A stretch of 64,000 bases of DNA from Cystobasidiomycetes sp. EMM_F5 (lineage: Eukaryota): assembly GCA_051047955.1 (NCBI GenBank), contig JBPGPT010000018.1, positions 62,001 through 126,000 of the forward strand, given 5' to 3'. The notes under the pieces were generated by a model. That model ran no database searches, had not been told where the DNA came from, and worked only from the letters and a program-made list of their open reading frames with translations. The stretch's first letter is position 1; each line of letters opens with the position of its first letter. Positions 12,283 through 24,677 of this stretch are shown here, piece by piece. Made by a program: the position numbers and the translations under genes.

Positions 12283-13647
12283 CTACACCTTGATGCTCTC
12301 AGCTTGCAGTTGCGAGCGATGAAAGCGTGCCATAAGAAATTCTTTGCTGGACATGCGACGCGTATTTGCACTGATACCCTTGGAAGCGATGCGCGCATTA
12401 AAATCTGCTTCTGAGAAATCGCTATGAAACCAGAGTCCCAAATCAGCATGACATTCTCTGAACATTGCGCAAGGTTCGTACCTTCCTGTCATGACCTCCA
12501 AGGCTGTGTCCGCATCTGGCTGTACAAAGTACGCTATGCTGAAGCGAGAAACGGCTTCACCAGTATTCCGCGGAATAACGACCCGATGTACAGTGGATCT
12601 GAAAGTTCCTCCTGACCAAAATTCTAGAGCGTCCGCTATATTCACAAGTCAATGTGGGTGACAGCAAGCACATAGATTGACTAATGACTAACCTATGTTG
12701 ACGATCAGAGCTCCTTCCAAGTGTTGAACATCTTCCCATTGTCCCTGCAAAGTCTGCACCTGTAGACCACCGACCGAATTCGTTGCCAACAGGGTAATGC
12801 TTCCGTAATCGGCTGCTAAGGCTTTCAGTACGGCGCGGTAGCGGTGAGAATGGCTGCTCACAGTGTTGACCTGCTCGGATGTCGTCACTGTGTGTGTAAA
12901 TCAGCTTCTGGCTTACCGGCTCGCAAAAACGTGTGATGCATACCTCCCTTCGAACTTGTCGACAGGCGGGTAATGGATGAAGCGACACCTGTTCTCCGCC
13001 CCGCTGTGACTCGACAGGAATTTCTCTGGGGGCAGATCAAGGGCGCAAGCTAAGCCGGCGATGACTTTCCGGCTGATCTCATGCATAGTGTCGATATACT
13101 GGCTGACAATGTGGATATGCTGTGCGAATGCGGGCGGGAAGTCTTGTAGACCGCTTGAGGGATGTGCAGTATTGAAAGTCTCTTTGACGTCTCCGCCTTT
13201 AGCCGTACTCGGATCCAATCTGTTTGGCGTCTCGTCAGTGTTATTCTTTCGAAATGATGATAGGCTACTCACGCCTCCTTCCGACTGGAGATATACCGGA
13301 TGTTCGACATTACGAGTGGTCAGTCAACATCGCATGAGCCAGTGAGGCTTTTCTTACAAGCCTCCGTGCCCCTGTTACCAATCTAGTTCAATCGGGGGAT
13401 ATCCAACGTCAACGAAACATCTACTGACCAGGCCGGTCTCCATAGAATACGGATATCTTGATTTCTCTTCATCTGTAGACTTCAAGAAGTAGTCTTGCGC
13501 GATGCCGAATGCTGCCTTGACCAAGTCATCGGTCCCGGTATCCGTCAGGTAGAAGAAGCCCGACTGTGTGCAGGCTTTCCGCAGTGGTGCAGCCAAACGT
13601 TCGGGCGTGTCATACTCCTTTAGCGATATAACAGGCAGAGAAGTCAT
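12283..13647 (-). CDS. 2-oxoglutarate/Fe(II) dioxygenase (IPNS/DIOX_N family), multi-exon
   Basis: LPVISL..ACTQSGFFYL N-terminus; GDVKETFN; HYPP; spliced RAGQH-S-DYGSITLL (HxD), FRSTVHRV (distal His), RFSIAYF (RxS). Confidence 0.92.
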
Positions 13648-13894
13648 GCTGACTGCAGCAAACGATGTTCGATGGAAGACAACAGCCGCCGCGGATTCCA
13701 ACACGTGAATGAAAGTATTCGCGACAGCCTGTATAAGATAAATTGACGAGGACAATTGGAATGTCACGCTATTATCGCACTTCGTCCGCGCTATAGATAC
13801 AAGCCAAACGCCTTCTGCTTCTTGTTATGCGGGCGGCTTGCGACCGTTATACACATTGATGCGTTTGTACCGTATGCGCCCGACGCATGTCCTC

Positions 13895-15360
13895 CTACTC
13901 CGGCATCTCATCCGCACTCTTTGGGAAGTACGGTACGCCTAGCAAGTCGCCATTCTTGGATGCGCGGTGATGTCTGCTAGCCTCATATACACGCTTTCGC
14001 AATCTGTTGACGCTTCCGAGCGGACGGTGAGCTTCCAGTCCATTGAACGGACTAAGCGCAATCTTGTCGTCCCACCATGTTCTTCGTTTGTCGCTGAAAG
14101 TATCCTGCGGCGGAAATGTAATGGTAGCGAGATCGTGCCATGGCGACAGGTGCTCGTCCCATGCCGTCGAAGCGTCCTCCACCGGTTGCTTCGACACGTC
14201 TGAGCAAAATTGCGCTCTGAGAACGTACTGTGCCGTTGTATCTCTGTAGTAGTCGCGGAGATGATCGCGCAAAACAGTATAAGAGTCGGAAGACGAATAC
14301 TGTGAAGCATTCTTGAACGGCTCCTGCTCTTGGGAGACCGGTACCAGCGAGAAGTGCGCAACGTATGGCCCATATCTGAAAGCGGCTGTTAGGCATAGAG
14401 CGGTATGAGTTAAGCCAAAACTCTCCAGCAGTGAGCTACTCGTCTTACATTGCGAAAACATGTCCATGCCCAAGATAGGCTTCGATGGCAGTAGTCCCGG
14501 TGCAAACTGTTTGGTTCTGTCGCTTCTCTTGGTGAGCTCAGCCTTCAACTTGTCCAGCTCTCGCCAATACTTCTCCCTCAAAGTGAAGATCTCCAGCGTG
14601 GTATCCAGGTCGGTGAGCTCGAGCATTGGCGCGTTGTTCATCAACAGGTCTTGTGTATTGGTTTCCCCGTAGGTCTCGCCCGCCATACGCTCGCCGTCGA
14701 CACCGAATATCTTCAACGACAGGCCTTGCGGCATAGAGTCTGTGTCGGGCTTCAAATGCGATGGTTCGTTGGCATATCTCCCAATGACATCGTATGTCTT
14801 GCCTGGTCTGTTGGTATAAGTACATCAGCCCGCAGTATGAATCTGTTACGGAGATTGGTGAAAGCATACGTTTCGAACAGGCCGTATTGGAGATGCTGTT
14901 GGAGATCCTTGTGCACTTGTAATGAGCCTTTCACGTATCCAAGCCCTTTCACCTGTGGAGCGAATCACAAACGGCCAACATCATTGGGGTCAGTCGATAG
15001 ACACAGGAATGCCTAAAAGCATGCTGCCCGTACGTGCGTTGCTCGCATTCCATGTTGATGCTCCTCGACATTTCGGTCAATGACCCGCCGGATGACGCTG
15101 CAGATGTCATCTCTGGGCATTGTAATTGGACAACATCAGCAAAGCAGACAGGATGCATATGCTCAGCCATGCACAGTGACACGGTCCCATGACGGCCTCC
15201 CATCAGCTCCCACTCACATCTTGCGATCTTCATCCTCGACTGGCTTCTCGACTTGCGTCCAGGTCACCCAATCTTCCGGCTCTTTGGGTGGTCGCCCGTA
15301 CACTCTGTCCACTATCGCGCTCTTGACGCTGCCTGCTGCACTCTGTATGGCTTCCGTCAT
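13895..15360 (-). CDS. Small catalase-fold heme protein (catalase-related, y4iL-like), multi-exon
   Basis: Spliced HQHGMRATH|VKGLGYVKG (distal His), GRYANEP, GLSLKIFGV, QDLLMNNAP (distal Asn), PVEDASTAW, HRPLGSVNRLRKRVY (proximal RxxxY). Confidence 0.88.
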
Positions 15361-15742
15361 GTTTTGTTCGCAGATGGAATCCGTTGACGAAGAGATCTGA
15401 AACGGGTACGGCACTGACCTCCGTCCTCTCTCATACTAGCTGGGCGCCTTCGTTGACACCATTAGCGAATGCAAGCTGAATTACAGTCTATCGTGTTTTA
15501 TGGAGGGCGGCCTGAGCACGCTCAAACGCCAAGCGCACATCATCAGCGCCCCATCACAGCCTCTTATCGCCTTGTTGTCGAGCATGAAGGGGCTCGGACG
15601 TCGGGGTCGGCGCCGGTCCAGCGCGCCTGCTTGCCGTAAAAGCCCGGCTGACTAGATGTCGGCCTGCTGTTCTGTAGTCTGCTCATCCTGGTCATTTTCC
15701 AATACACACACTCATCACGGCTACAAGCTTCCCTTATCTACA

Positions 15743-16298
15743 ATGCACTGTATCTACGTTCTCTTCGCTCTGGTAGCGGCATATGCATTACCCACTCACG
15801 CCCATCCAGGCGTTCAGACATATCGTCATTCTCGCCGGCATGAGCATGCAACTGGCCTAATCGACAACATCCCGAGTCGATGCAAGACGTAAGTCTGCGT
15901 TAGTCTGCAAAGTGTCATTTTATCCTGGCTGAATTGCGATGAAACAGTAAATGTAACCCATGGGTGAAAGCCATAGACAGCTGTCACCTGGAAAAGCTAT
16001 TTGGAAATCCCACTGATGCTGAAATCAAGGCTGCTGGCAAGTGTCAGTGCAAAGTAAACCTGTTGCGCAGGGAGATCGAGTAAGCCAGAGGCAGTTGCCC
16101 GTCCATCGTAATGTGGCTGATGCAGAAGTAAACATCATTAGCTGCTTGGAATGTACACCGGAATACCTCACCTCTGCAAACAATGCTCGTGGTCCGCAGA
16201 CGATAAAAGCTACCATTCAGGAGCAAGTCGACGACTGTAGCAGTCAGGGACATCCGGTCAAAGGTGGCATGGCTGCTATAGGCTATGATGACCAATGA
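15743..16298 (+). CDS. Secreted 8-Cys CFEM-like protein 1 (soluble, no GPI tail)
   Basis: Signal peptide MHCIYVLFALVAAYA; spliced PSRCKT|KCNPWVKAIDSC..KCQC..D|CLEC..DCSSQG. Confidence 0.8.
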
Positions 16299-16640
16299 CG
16301 GTCTTGTGTCACTACCTCTCCAGATGAACTGAAATTGAATTATTAGCTCACAATGCAATTGAAAGAATTTTGAGTTTCTCAAAAATGATCGTTTCAGTTC
16401 CCCTTCCGAGACTCACAGACTAGTCACTGCGTTACCTGAGCTCAATGCGTCCATTGTTGGTTCAGCTCTACTTGGCTGAGCGTATTGCCTTGTACAGCCC
16501 GTAGCCGCACCCTTCAAGGACATAGCCAAGGCGTCACAGCCTGCTTGCTGTATTTCTGAACTTGGTTAAATCTTACCTCCTTGGCTCTCACCTTCATCTT
16601 GTTCGACGCCATCAACAATCTTACGCAAAAAACCAACAAT

Positions 16641-17292
16641 ATGTATTACCTGATATACACAGTTCTAGCTCTCAGCTGCTGTGCCGCGCTACCCAATCCT
16701 CCACTTGATGAGGGCAAATCGTCAATCGGAGTCCGCGCGGTGGAAGCCAGCATTGATGCTCGCAACATTCTAACCATGTCTGCCGATCCATCTAGTCACT
16801 ACGCCAAAAGAGACATGGTCGACGTACTGCCAGGACGCTGCGAGTCGTAAGTGTTCTTTATTCGTCCTAGCGTTCTAGCATTGAAGTGACATTATGATTC
16901 TCCAGTGTATGTCAGCCGTGGATTGCCGCTCGAAAGACTTGTAAGCTTGACAAGCTGTCGGAGGCGGAGAGCCCTAGTGCCGCAGAGATTCTTGCTGGCA
17001 GCAAGTGTGCATGCCGTGCACGCAACGTGCACAAGTATATCGAGTGAGCCATCTGTACACAATCAGAGTTATTGGCGTAAGCTGACAGGCTGCTTTTCGG
17101 TGTCTCAGCTGCGCATCTTGCTATCCTGAATTCTTCACTACCACACTTATACCACACACTACTCTTCAGCGCTACGTACAGCGGCAGATTGATACCTGTC
17201 GCCGTCTTGGCGTTCCTCTTACAGGCATCTCGACAGACACTATCACAGCCACAGCGCCGCCATCGACTCAAACGGGTTTACTGGACGGCTAG
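16641..17292 (+). CDS. Secreted 8-Cys CFEM-like protein 2 (short Thr tail, no hydrophobic end)
   Basis: Signal peptide MYYLIYTVLALSCCAA, KR site; PGRCES|VCQPWIAARKTC..KCAC..D|CASC..TCRRLG. Confidence 0.8.
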
Positions 17293-17821
17293 GTCTAACT
17301 CTTAGAGATTATGTTCGCAATCAAACGTGTATCCTCGGGCAGTGGTCAACCAGCTGCTCAGCGGTCTATACGATGCCTCCAAAAAGTGTGCTATTCTGAA
17401 TCGCTTGTGTTACGCGACATTGTCTCATGATATGTGCTCGTGCATTGTATCGTATTTGTAGTACTACTTGCGCGAATGAAACGAATTCATTCATTAACGG
17501 TTCACGTTGGTCTTCCCCGCAAACTGCAATATTCAACCATACAACCCTAGTAATCCTCCGCTGTCCAATGCGCAGATGGTCAATAACAGCGCTGCACCAG
17601 TATGAGCTGCCTGCAATATCTGGCAGACGATGCGGACACTCCTACTCGACCGACTGCCAGCCGATATTCACAAAGGCGCACGGTGGATATGGGCCGTTGG
17701 GTGAAGCTAGAATGGGTCTCGAGATAGCGTGTGAATGGGCGAGAGCAGTGTCGACAGTCGATGTTTGAGAGTGCTCCCTTTCCTCTCACTCTGCGCTGCA
17801 ATCGCATCCTGACACGACACC

Positions 17822-18716
17822 ATGGCCTTCAAAGTGTTGGCAGTTCTGCTGATATCCAGCGTTGGCGCAGTCATTGGCCGCCTAGACTACGCTCACAACA
17901 GCCTCGTCCACCGTGCTGTAGCTGCTAGATACGCTACCTCTCACCACGGCCTCGTAGCGAGACAAGCGACTTCAAACTCCGATGACAGCGACCCAATCCT
18001 CCCAGACTCGTGCGAGAGGTCTGTAAAAATTCTACGATGTACCGTAACAAGAACATGCTAACTTGGAGTCTCGTCCCGCTACAGCCAGTGTGCAGCATAC
18101 TTAGCAATGGGCAACAAATGCGATGCCATTGCTGAAGACACGACGAGCTACGTCGACGACGCGTCGCAGGACGATGCAGCCGCCAAATGCAGCTGCTCGA
18201 CCGACATGTTCAACGCTGTTGCACAGTGTGAGCTCAGAATACATAGCAATACGGATCGTGATAGCTTACAACTACCTTCGTGTCTGGCAGGCGCTGCATG
18301 CGCTCCCCTATACTTCTCCCGAGGTGCGAGCAGCCTCCAGGCGGCCTTCCAATGTGAGTGTCATCGAATGCTCCCTATCACGCAGAAAGTGGCCTAATAA
18401 TACCTTGTTTATAGCCGCGTTGGATGAATGCAAGAGCGAAGGCTATCCTGTCAACTTCGACGTTGGCAGTCTTTCTCAAGCATCACAAGCAGCTCCCTCT
18501 TCGGCTAGCGGTGGCAACGGCGGCATCAATGCTCTGGCCGCGGCAGCAGCCACCACGCTGTCAGGTGTCGCTGCCTCTTCGACCTCTGTAAACCCCGCCG
18601 ACACCGCTGCTACTACCACTACCTCCTCGGCATCGTCTGGCCACATTGTCGGCACCACCGCCATCCTGCTAGTATTCACCCTGTCGTCTTTCCTAGTTGT
18701 AGCTCGCTCTATCTGA
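17822..18716 (+). CDS. Secreted 8-Cys CFEM-like protein 3, Ser/Thr/Ala stalk, probable GPI anchor
   Basis: Signal peptide; PDSCES|QCAAYLAMGNKC..KCSC..CAAC..ECKSEG; hydrophobic C-terminus TTAILLVFTLSSFLVVA. Confidence 0.8.
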
Positions 18717-19014
18717 GCCGTTTATTACGTTATGCTTACGATCCAGCCTAAAATTCATGAAATACTCATTTCGCATGCTTCTCGCCGATGCGGTCAGTGC
18801 GCATATCCTCAGCTGATGACCGAGAAAAGTGCCCAAATTTCAACGCATGGATCAAGCTGAACTTCGGCGACGGAGGCACTGATCTTCGCAGCGACCTCGC
18901 GCTTCTCTCTCTCTCTTCTCTCTCCATCCCTTCTGCAAAGGCCGCTTTAGCATCCACCCCACGCATTCACTAGTCCAGGCTCTATCGCGATCCAAGCCAC
19001 TCACAACTCTCGCA

Positions 19015-19934
19015 ATGCTGTCACTCTACTCTTTCACTGTCGTAGCGCTGTCTGCAGTGAGCCTGTTCTCCGCCGCTCAAGCTGCGAACGTCAACAAAAG
19101 ACAAGATGCAAGCCAGTCGTGCCAGAGGTAACCACGAATAAATAGCTACAATCCTCGAAATGGTGTCGATAGCTGATCCTGATTCACTTGCTACTCAGCG
19201 TCTGCGGCCTTTTCTCTTCGTCTCTCCAGAGCAACTGTGGTGCCTTCGTTCCCGGTATCACAGCAATCATCAGTGGCGGGGGAGTACCAGACATCAACAA
19301 TCAGCAGGTCCAGCAAGCCCTTGCTTGCTTCTGCAACAACGAACTCGTCAAGGAGTTCACCGAGTGGGTTGACGATTGCCTTCTTGACATAACGGTGGCG
19401 GAATGTACTGATGAAAGTTTGCACGTATAGCTGTCTCTCCTGCAACCCTAACGCCTTTGGCCCACTCCCTCCCAATGGTCTGCAGCGTGCGTGTGGAAGC
19501 ATATTACCCGAAGGCTGCACATACTGAGATGAAGTTAATTCTGCTTCCGGTCTACTACAGTCATCAGTCAGGTCAGTAACTTTGCGATTGATCTGCTAGA
19601 CGAGCACAATATATTGACAATTCTGGCGTCACAGGGCTGCAATGCTCTTGGACGCCCTGTGTCAGTCTCGAGCTTGCCAACCGCTGCGTCCGCATCTGCC
19701 GCTGCCAGCGATGCCTCATCGTCTGACGCTACTGCTGGTACCACTTCTGCCGCTGCAACCACATCCAACCAGGCCACACCTGCTCAACCTGCCTCGACCA
19801 GTGCATCCTCCTCGTCATCCGTACCGACCACAACACAGTCCGTAACGAAGAATGGAGCAAGCTCTACCTCATCCACTTCGGCCGTTGTCATTGCTGTTCT
19901 ATCAGTGGCAGGCCTCGTCATGGCGACCTTCTGA
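19015..19934 (+). CDS. Secreted 8-Cys CFEM-like protein 4, probable GPI anchor
   Basis: Signal peptide, KR; QSCQS|VCGLFSSSLQSNC..ACFC..D|CLSC..GCNALG; Ser/Thr stalk, NGA, then hydrophobic tail. Confidence 0.8.
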
Positions 19935-21080
19935 TTGCCCGCCAATCACAAGGCATTGCTCCTACGTCTTTCTTTTCTCACTCCAATTCCTCCTACATTT
20001 GTGGAGACACATTTCCCCGTTGTTGATTCCGCTAGATTTCTTGCTTTGCACGTATGTCCTTTCTGAGCTACACCAGCCATACCTTACTAGTCATTTGGCC
20101 TTCAAAATATTCCAAACAATACAGGCCATTCGTTTGAGACTCTTGTGTTTTGCTGCGACGCGACTGTCATCTCGGCCGCCGCGCTCTTTCGGCGTCGCGG
20201 ATTGCCTTGCGGACAAGGTCTTTGTCTCTGAACGATGCAGCTGCAACAGGCGGAGACGCTTGTTTGCACCCTATAATTATGGCATTGCGCGCGCAACTGC
20301 ACCACCTACTCTGCACTTTTCTCCTTCACTGCGAAGCCCTCGCATCTTTGACGACATACAGAACAGGAGCACGAGGCTAACATATGCTGACCTCGGATGT
20401 TGAGACCGAAGCCATCCACCTCATGCGGTCCTTCTCCCCGAATTGCGTATGGTCGCTCTTGAATGACCCAAAGTCGAGCGCATGAATTCTGAGTCTTGGC
20501 ATGCGAACTCGGCGATGTCAGTGTGCGGACGCGTCCATCTTGCTCTCAACAATGGCACCCTTGCTTCTAATGCTGTCATTTCTCGCTCTCGCCTTCATGG
20601 TCCTGTAAATTGTCAGCTGTGTCTCTGCCGCCTACATTCCCAATCGCACAAAGAACAATGCCAGGGATGAGTTCCTCACACAGCAGCCGCCGTCGGAATA
20701 AGAGCTAATGCTACAAGTGCCTTTAAATGCTGAGATGCAGCACCTTCACGGCCTTCGAACGTCTCTCCAAATCGAGTATATCTAAGGCTATTCAATGCTC
20801 GTCGTATGCACCGATATACACTGGCCTGCATCTACAAAACATGCTCTGCACTTCAGTCCACCATCCTGTCTGTGCGTTGAGTACAATCATACTTGTATCT
20901 CAGAGTCAGAAGATGATCGGCCGGACGTTGCACGGGTGACACAAACAGCGGCACACCGTGGGAAATGAGATTTGAAAATATTCAATGAATGCTGCTTTCC
21001 TCTGCTCCAACTCGACTACACCTCGACATCGTCCAGTCCGCATTCGTACAATCACACTCACTCACTAACTCACTCACACC

Positions 21081-21997
21081 ATGCCGTCCCTCGCTACACT
21101 GACCCTCCTCGCACTGTCCGCGTCCAGTTACGTCGCCGCGAGTTACGACCCTCTGGCCCTGTTTGCAAACATTGCAAAACGCCAACAGCTGAGCCAGGAG
21201 TGCCAAAAGTGGGTTCATGTCGGGTGCTATCGCGGTGTTCTGCGCTGATGTAGTGTCCATATCTCCCAGCACCTGTGCCCAGTTCACCACGTCCCTCCAG
21301 AACAGCTGCGCATCCGTCCTCCCTGGAATCCAGTCGGTCATTGCAGGAGGTAGTACTCCAGACCTCAATTCTCCTCAGACGAAACAGATTCTGCAATGCA
21401 TTTGCAAGAATGAAATCATCCAGCAGCTCACAAAGTGGGTGTTTGCCGTCTAGCCACGAGGATTGGCTGACAGACTGCTTTGAAACACAGCTGCCTGGCC
21501 TGCGCTCCCGGTACCTTTGGCAACGTAGGCAGCGACGCACTCAACCGTAGGTGCCTTCAGTAGAAGTGAGCAAACATCTGCTGACGTTCGGACATTTGCT
21601 TCATCTTACTACAGAGCTCAGCCAAGTTCGTACATGCCGCTAACACACACACCCCGATGAAGCTGATGACATTGTTGTCGACACTCAGGTCTGCAGCGCC
21701 TCCGGCTCTCCCATCCAGGTCTCTGGCCAGTCTTCTGTATCTTCTGCCTCTTCCACTACCGGTACATCCTCTTCATCCTCATCCAGCACATCCTCCTCTT
21801 CCTCTTCCACTTCGAGCACCACTTCGAGCGGGCTGGCCGGCTTGACTCAGGCTTCCACAACTCAGTCTTCCACTACCGCAAGCTCACCATCTTCTACTCC
21901 TACTTCCACTCCAACTCAAAACTCTGCTACGTCGACCATGTCTGTGTCTCTCTTTGCGGGTGTCGTCATGGCTGGTCTCGTCATTTTCAACCTCTAG
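21081..21997 (+). CDS. Secreted 8-Cys CFEM-like protein 5, probable GPI anchor (closest to protein 4)
   Basis: Signal peptide, KR; QECQN|TCAQFTTSLQNSC..QCIC..N|CLAC..CSASG; Ser/Thr stalk, NSA, hydrophobic tail. Confidence 0.8.
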
Positions 21998-22421
21998 ACT
22001 CTCGTCAAGGACAGGCCTACATATGGCCGGACTCCCTCTACCTCAAAAATGCACTTCCTTCATACCATTAACTTTTTCTTGCTGTAGACCCGTTTCGTCT
22101 CTGATGGCATTGTAAGGCCCGTGCCGCGTCCTTCATTAATTAGAAGCATGCAATTTGCCAGATCATATTGCAATGAATTTGGAATATGAGGCGAAACGCC
22201 TATAAGACTGCTCGATTCCCCTCTACTTCCTCTTTACTTGTCTTTCCGTCTCGGCTTACGAGCGATATGCAACTGACCAAACATCGAGCCGTCCCATGAT
22301 TGATGCAAGGGAAGACACCTTTGACATATCCAACGCGTGCAGCGTATAAAAATGAGCCTCTAAATGCCAACTAGACTGACATTTGGGCCTTTTGGACCAC
22401 CTCATCCGGCAGCGCACAAAA

Positions 22422-23275
22422 ATGCGAGTACTGATCCTCCCCTTGCTATGCCTCACTGCGTCACCTGTGCTCGGTAGTATTCGAGCAGAGCACATTACGA
22501 AACGACTGAGCGTACATGCTCGTCAGAATGGAGTGGCCGTCCCGCCTTTTACCTCTTCGCTTGTCCCTATCGCTGCTTTATCCACCACTTCCAGCAGCGG
22601 CAGCGGTATGACGTCTTCTGCCATTCTTCATGGAGCGGACGGAAGTGATGGGAACACCGAGATCAGTATCTCAACGTCTTGCGCAGGGTGCGTCCTTCTG
22701 TCATTGGGTGACAACATAAAACACGCAGGCTGATGCTGCCATTAAATGGCACAGAGACTGTAAAGCGTACGAAGGGATACTTTACAAGTGCAACAGCGCC
22801 AAGGATACAAAGCCGAGCTGTTTGTGCAGTAACGATGCTTTCGATGCCATGATCAAATGCTACACCTGTTATCCGCCGGATACCTCTTCGTATCTGGGCG
22901 GTGTCAAAGGGATGATAGAGGGTAAGCACATATATCTCCGTGCACAACGTAATGACACTCTTATGCCGTTTCGAAATAGATGCAAAAGGTCAATGCCTAG
23001 ATCAAGGTGTTACTATCACTGTCGATGCTGCACACCTACCAACGACGACGTCATCTCCGGGAACATTGACTCCATCCTCAGTAAACGGTACAGATATAGC
23101 AAACCTACCCTCCAATGTCATCGAGGCACAACGCACCAATTTCAATATGGGTGAAAGCGGTGCGACATCAATGCCAGTCAATGTAGCTAGTTCGGCTCGA
23201 CTCCAGTGCCTCACCGTCGACATGGTCTCGACGCTTAGCTTGTTGATCGTTGCTGTTGCGTTGGCCAAAACATGA
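22422..23275 (+). CDS. Secreted 8-Cys CFEM-like protein 6, probable GPI anchor
   Basis: Signal peptide MRVLILPLLCLTASPVLG; TSCAG|DCKAYEGILYKC..SCLC..KCYTC..QCLDQG; hydrophobic C-terminus. Confidence 0.8.
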
Positions 23276-23371
23276 ATCTTGAGTTTTCAACAGAGTAAAA
23301 GTCAAGAAGTAAGGTTGTTTATACTAGCACAACAACAATCTATGAACTGCAGTACTGCAACCGCGACCATC

Positions 23372-24562
23372 CTACTGTCTTTTGCTCCACTCCCATACCC
23401 AAGTCTTGGCTTTTGGCGGTGAATTCCCATCATCCGGCTTTCCACCTTCACCAGACGTACCGTTCTTCGATTGAGACTGATCCTTGTCCACCTGTCTATA
23501 CTGCAATCTCCAGCCAAACCACGCCGACCTGACAGACTTGAAGCGTTCTGCTGCCTTTTCAACGGCCACTTGTCGCGTCTCGCTTATCCATTCTGGGATT
23601 GTCTTTCGGGGCGGTAGAGGTGTCTCTGAATGATGTTCAGTAACGAAACCGAATCTGTCCTCCTGAACATCTGTAAAACCATGCCCTGCAAATCCTGCAG
23701 CCGTCTCTTCCCATCTTGCAAACGACTCGCCCAGAGCGGGTGCGAGAAGTGCGCTCAGCGGCGGTGGATGGCCAGCAAGCATTGATTGTCGTAGTCGGGA
23801 ATCGCGAAGTAGTTCGAGTATCGTATGCAGGTGTTGGCGAGACCGGACTATTCCAGCACGATACCGGTTGTGTCCGAATAGTTCGATGCGAGAACGAAGG
23901 AAGGCCATCCCAAAGGACGATGTGACCACTGATGTTGTGTCTATACGTGATCTATGGCAGTGATCAATCCTGCTCTACTGCAATGAGCGAATTGCATTAA
24001 TGCATACACACTTACCCTGTTGAACGATCTTGCGACATGCGCGGTGGAGGCCGTCTATAAGCCGGCGATACTGTCTCGTCGTCCTCATCCAGGTCATCAT
24101 CGTTGGAGTCTGGGTATCCGCCTGTTCCGTCTGAATCTTCGCAGATTAGCAGGTCTTCGTGGATATCCATGAGATTCCGATGATCCAAGTTGCGAGTGAT
24201 GCATTGGACTTGTCTATTGTGGATATCTACCAGACTACGCTCGTAAATCCAGCTTTCGGTCTTGCCCAAGACTTGTTTCGGAAACCATTTCGGCAGGGCA
24301 GACGATGCACCTCGTTTCAGAATGAGTCGCTCAGTCTCGACGGACTGCGTCTCGAGGTCTACGCGCCGCGAGATGACATCCACAGTCGCAATATGGGGCG
24401 TGACGGGCGAGGGATAGCGGAGGGCAAAGGCCAGAACGAGCGACGACCATGACGAGCTGGTGGATGGTTGCAGAGGACACTGTTTAGCAGGAAAAGCAGC
24501 GCAGCATCAATGACCTCGCAGCCTCACTCATATCGGTGAGTTGCCTGCCATAGCTCGGGCAT
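23372..24562 (-). CDS. PRELI/MSF1-domain mitochondrial lipid-transfer protein (Ups1-like), spliced
   Basis: Spliced THRYD|SSWSSLVLAFALRYPSPVTPHIATVDVISR..TERLILKRG..LPKW..ESWIYERSLVD..TRNLDH; RIELFG. Confidence 0.88.
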
Positions 24563-24677
24563 TCATTCATTCGTTGGTGCAAACAATTGTAGGATGGAAG
24601 AGGTGCTGGGACTGAAACAACAAAAAGCCTTGAGATTGACAACAATGACTGCACTAGACTGTAATGATCTCTTGGCG

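Noticed and set aside
19852..21000. Several ORFs in the 1.1-kb gap inside the secreted-protein array
   Set aside because: No signal peptide or Cys pattern; reads as UTR/promoter; no pseudogene copy detected by eye.
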